A stretch of DNA of 63,663 nucleotides, counting the filler, from Octopus bimaculoides (lineage: Eukaryota), in NCBI RefSeq assembly GCF_001194135.2. It is 5 parts of 5 records of this genome, joined end to end, with 100 filler letters (N's around TTAATTAATTAA, not from the genome) between each part and the next. Parts side by side here need not be neighbours in the genome. Positions count along the whole stretch, not along the records: positions 61,101 to 63,663 come from NC_068988.1; 4 more parts are not named here. One strand, given 5' to 3'. Under the pieces are notes generated by a model that made no database searches, was not told the origin of the DNA, and was given only the letters and a program-made list of their open reading frames with translations. Both the position numbers and the translations under genes were made by a program. Below are positions 63,301-63,663 of this stretch, piece by piece (position 1 is the first letter of the stretch; every line of letters begins with the position of its first letter).

Positions 63301-63410
63301 CTAGCAGAAATACCCGGCTTTGCTCGAGTTAAAGAGAATAATGAAATCTAAAAACGCCGTCTAGACTACGCAACACTCAACTGTTAGTAGCTACGAGACC
63401 ATATTTCTAC
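63301..63410 (-). mobile_element. Helitron-like 3' terminus
   Basis: Minus strand reads CTCGAGC-AAA-GCCGGG (imperfect hairpin)-TATTTCTG-CTAG|T, the subterminal hairpin plus CTAG followed by T. The 5' extent is uncertain. Confidence 0.65.
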
Positions 63411-63663
63411 ATTAATAACTCTCCAATCCATGCCAGCATGGTACGTAGACATTAAGTGGAATGCCAGTCTCTCATCTAGGAGGGCCTTGAAATCAATGTT
63501 ACCAACTAGGGACTATGTGTGTTGTAGTGATAATAAAAAGACCCAAAGGAGGTCTGCAACGAAATAATTTTACTCAACACTTTGCAAGTGAATCAGTGGA
63601 GGCAAACATGCGTCTCATTTACTTGACAATTTATGCACCACATTGCAGAAATCACAATGTAAG

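Overview
Eukaryotic draft-assembly scaffold, very microsatellite-rich and broken by about 14 N-gaps. The repeat families resemble those I know from octopus, so the source is most likely a cephalopod (inference). I cannot support any host protein-coding gene: nearly all entries in the ORF track are translations of microsatellites or N-runs. What can be supported is a dense repeat landscape. It includes three tRNA-headed SINE families (two with CORE-like domains), RTE-clade LINE 3' fragments, R4/Dong-like RLE retrotransposon ends abutting (TAA)n, Penelope-like remnants, two mariner transposase relics, MITEs, a Helitron end and a 217-bp solo-LTR-like insert with a 4-bp TSD. The most interesting item is a ~250-bp element made of a Pol III tRNA-like head, (AAT)n and an intact minimal hammerhead ribozyme (25466-25719), with a second, headless copy at 30835-31082. 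Other highlights: a tandem array of an RTE 3'-terminal stem-loop (57638-57846), a fold-back SINE hairpin (8078-8254), perfect hairpins at 2931 and 3896, a decayed ~122-bp tandem array (47690-49020), and a switch from CpG-rich to CpG-depleted sequence near 35.6 kb. Repeat boundaries are approximate (about +/-10-20 bp) unless stated as exact.
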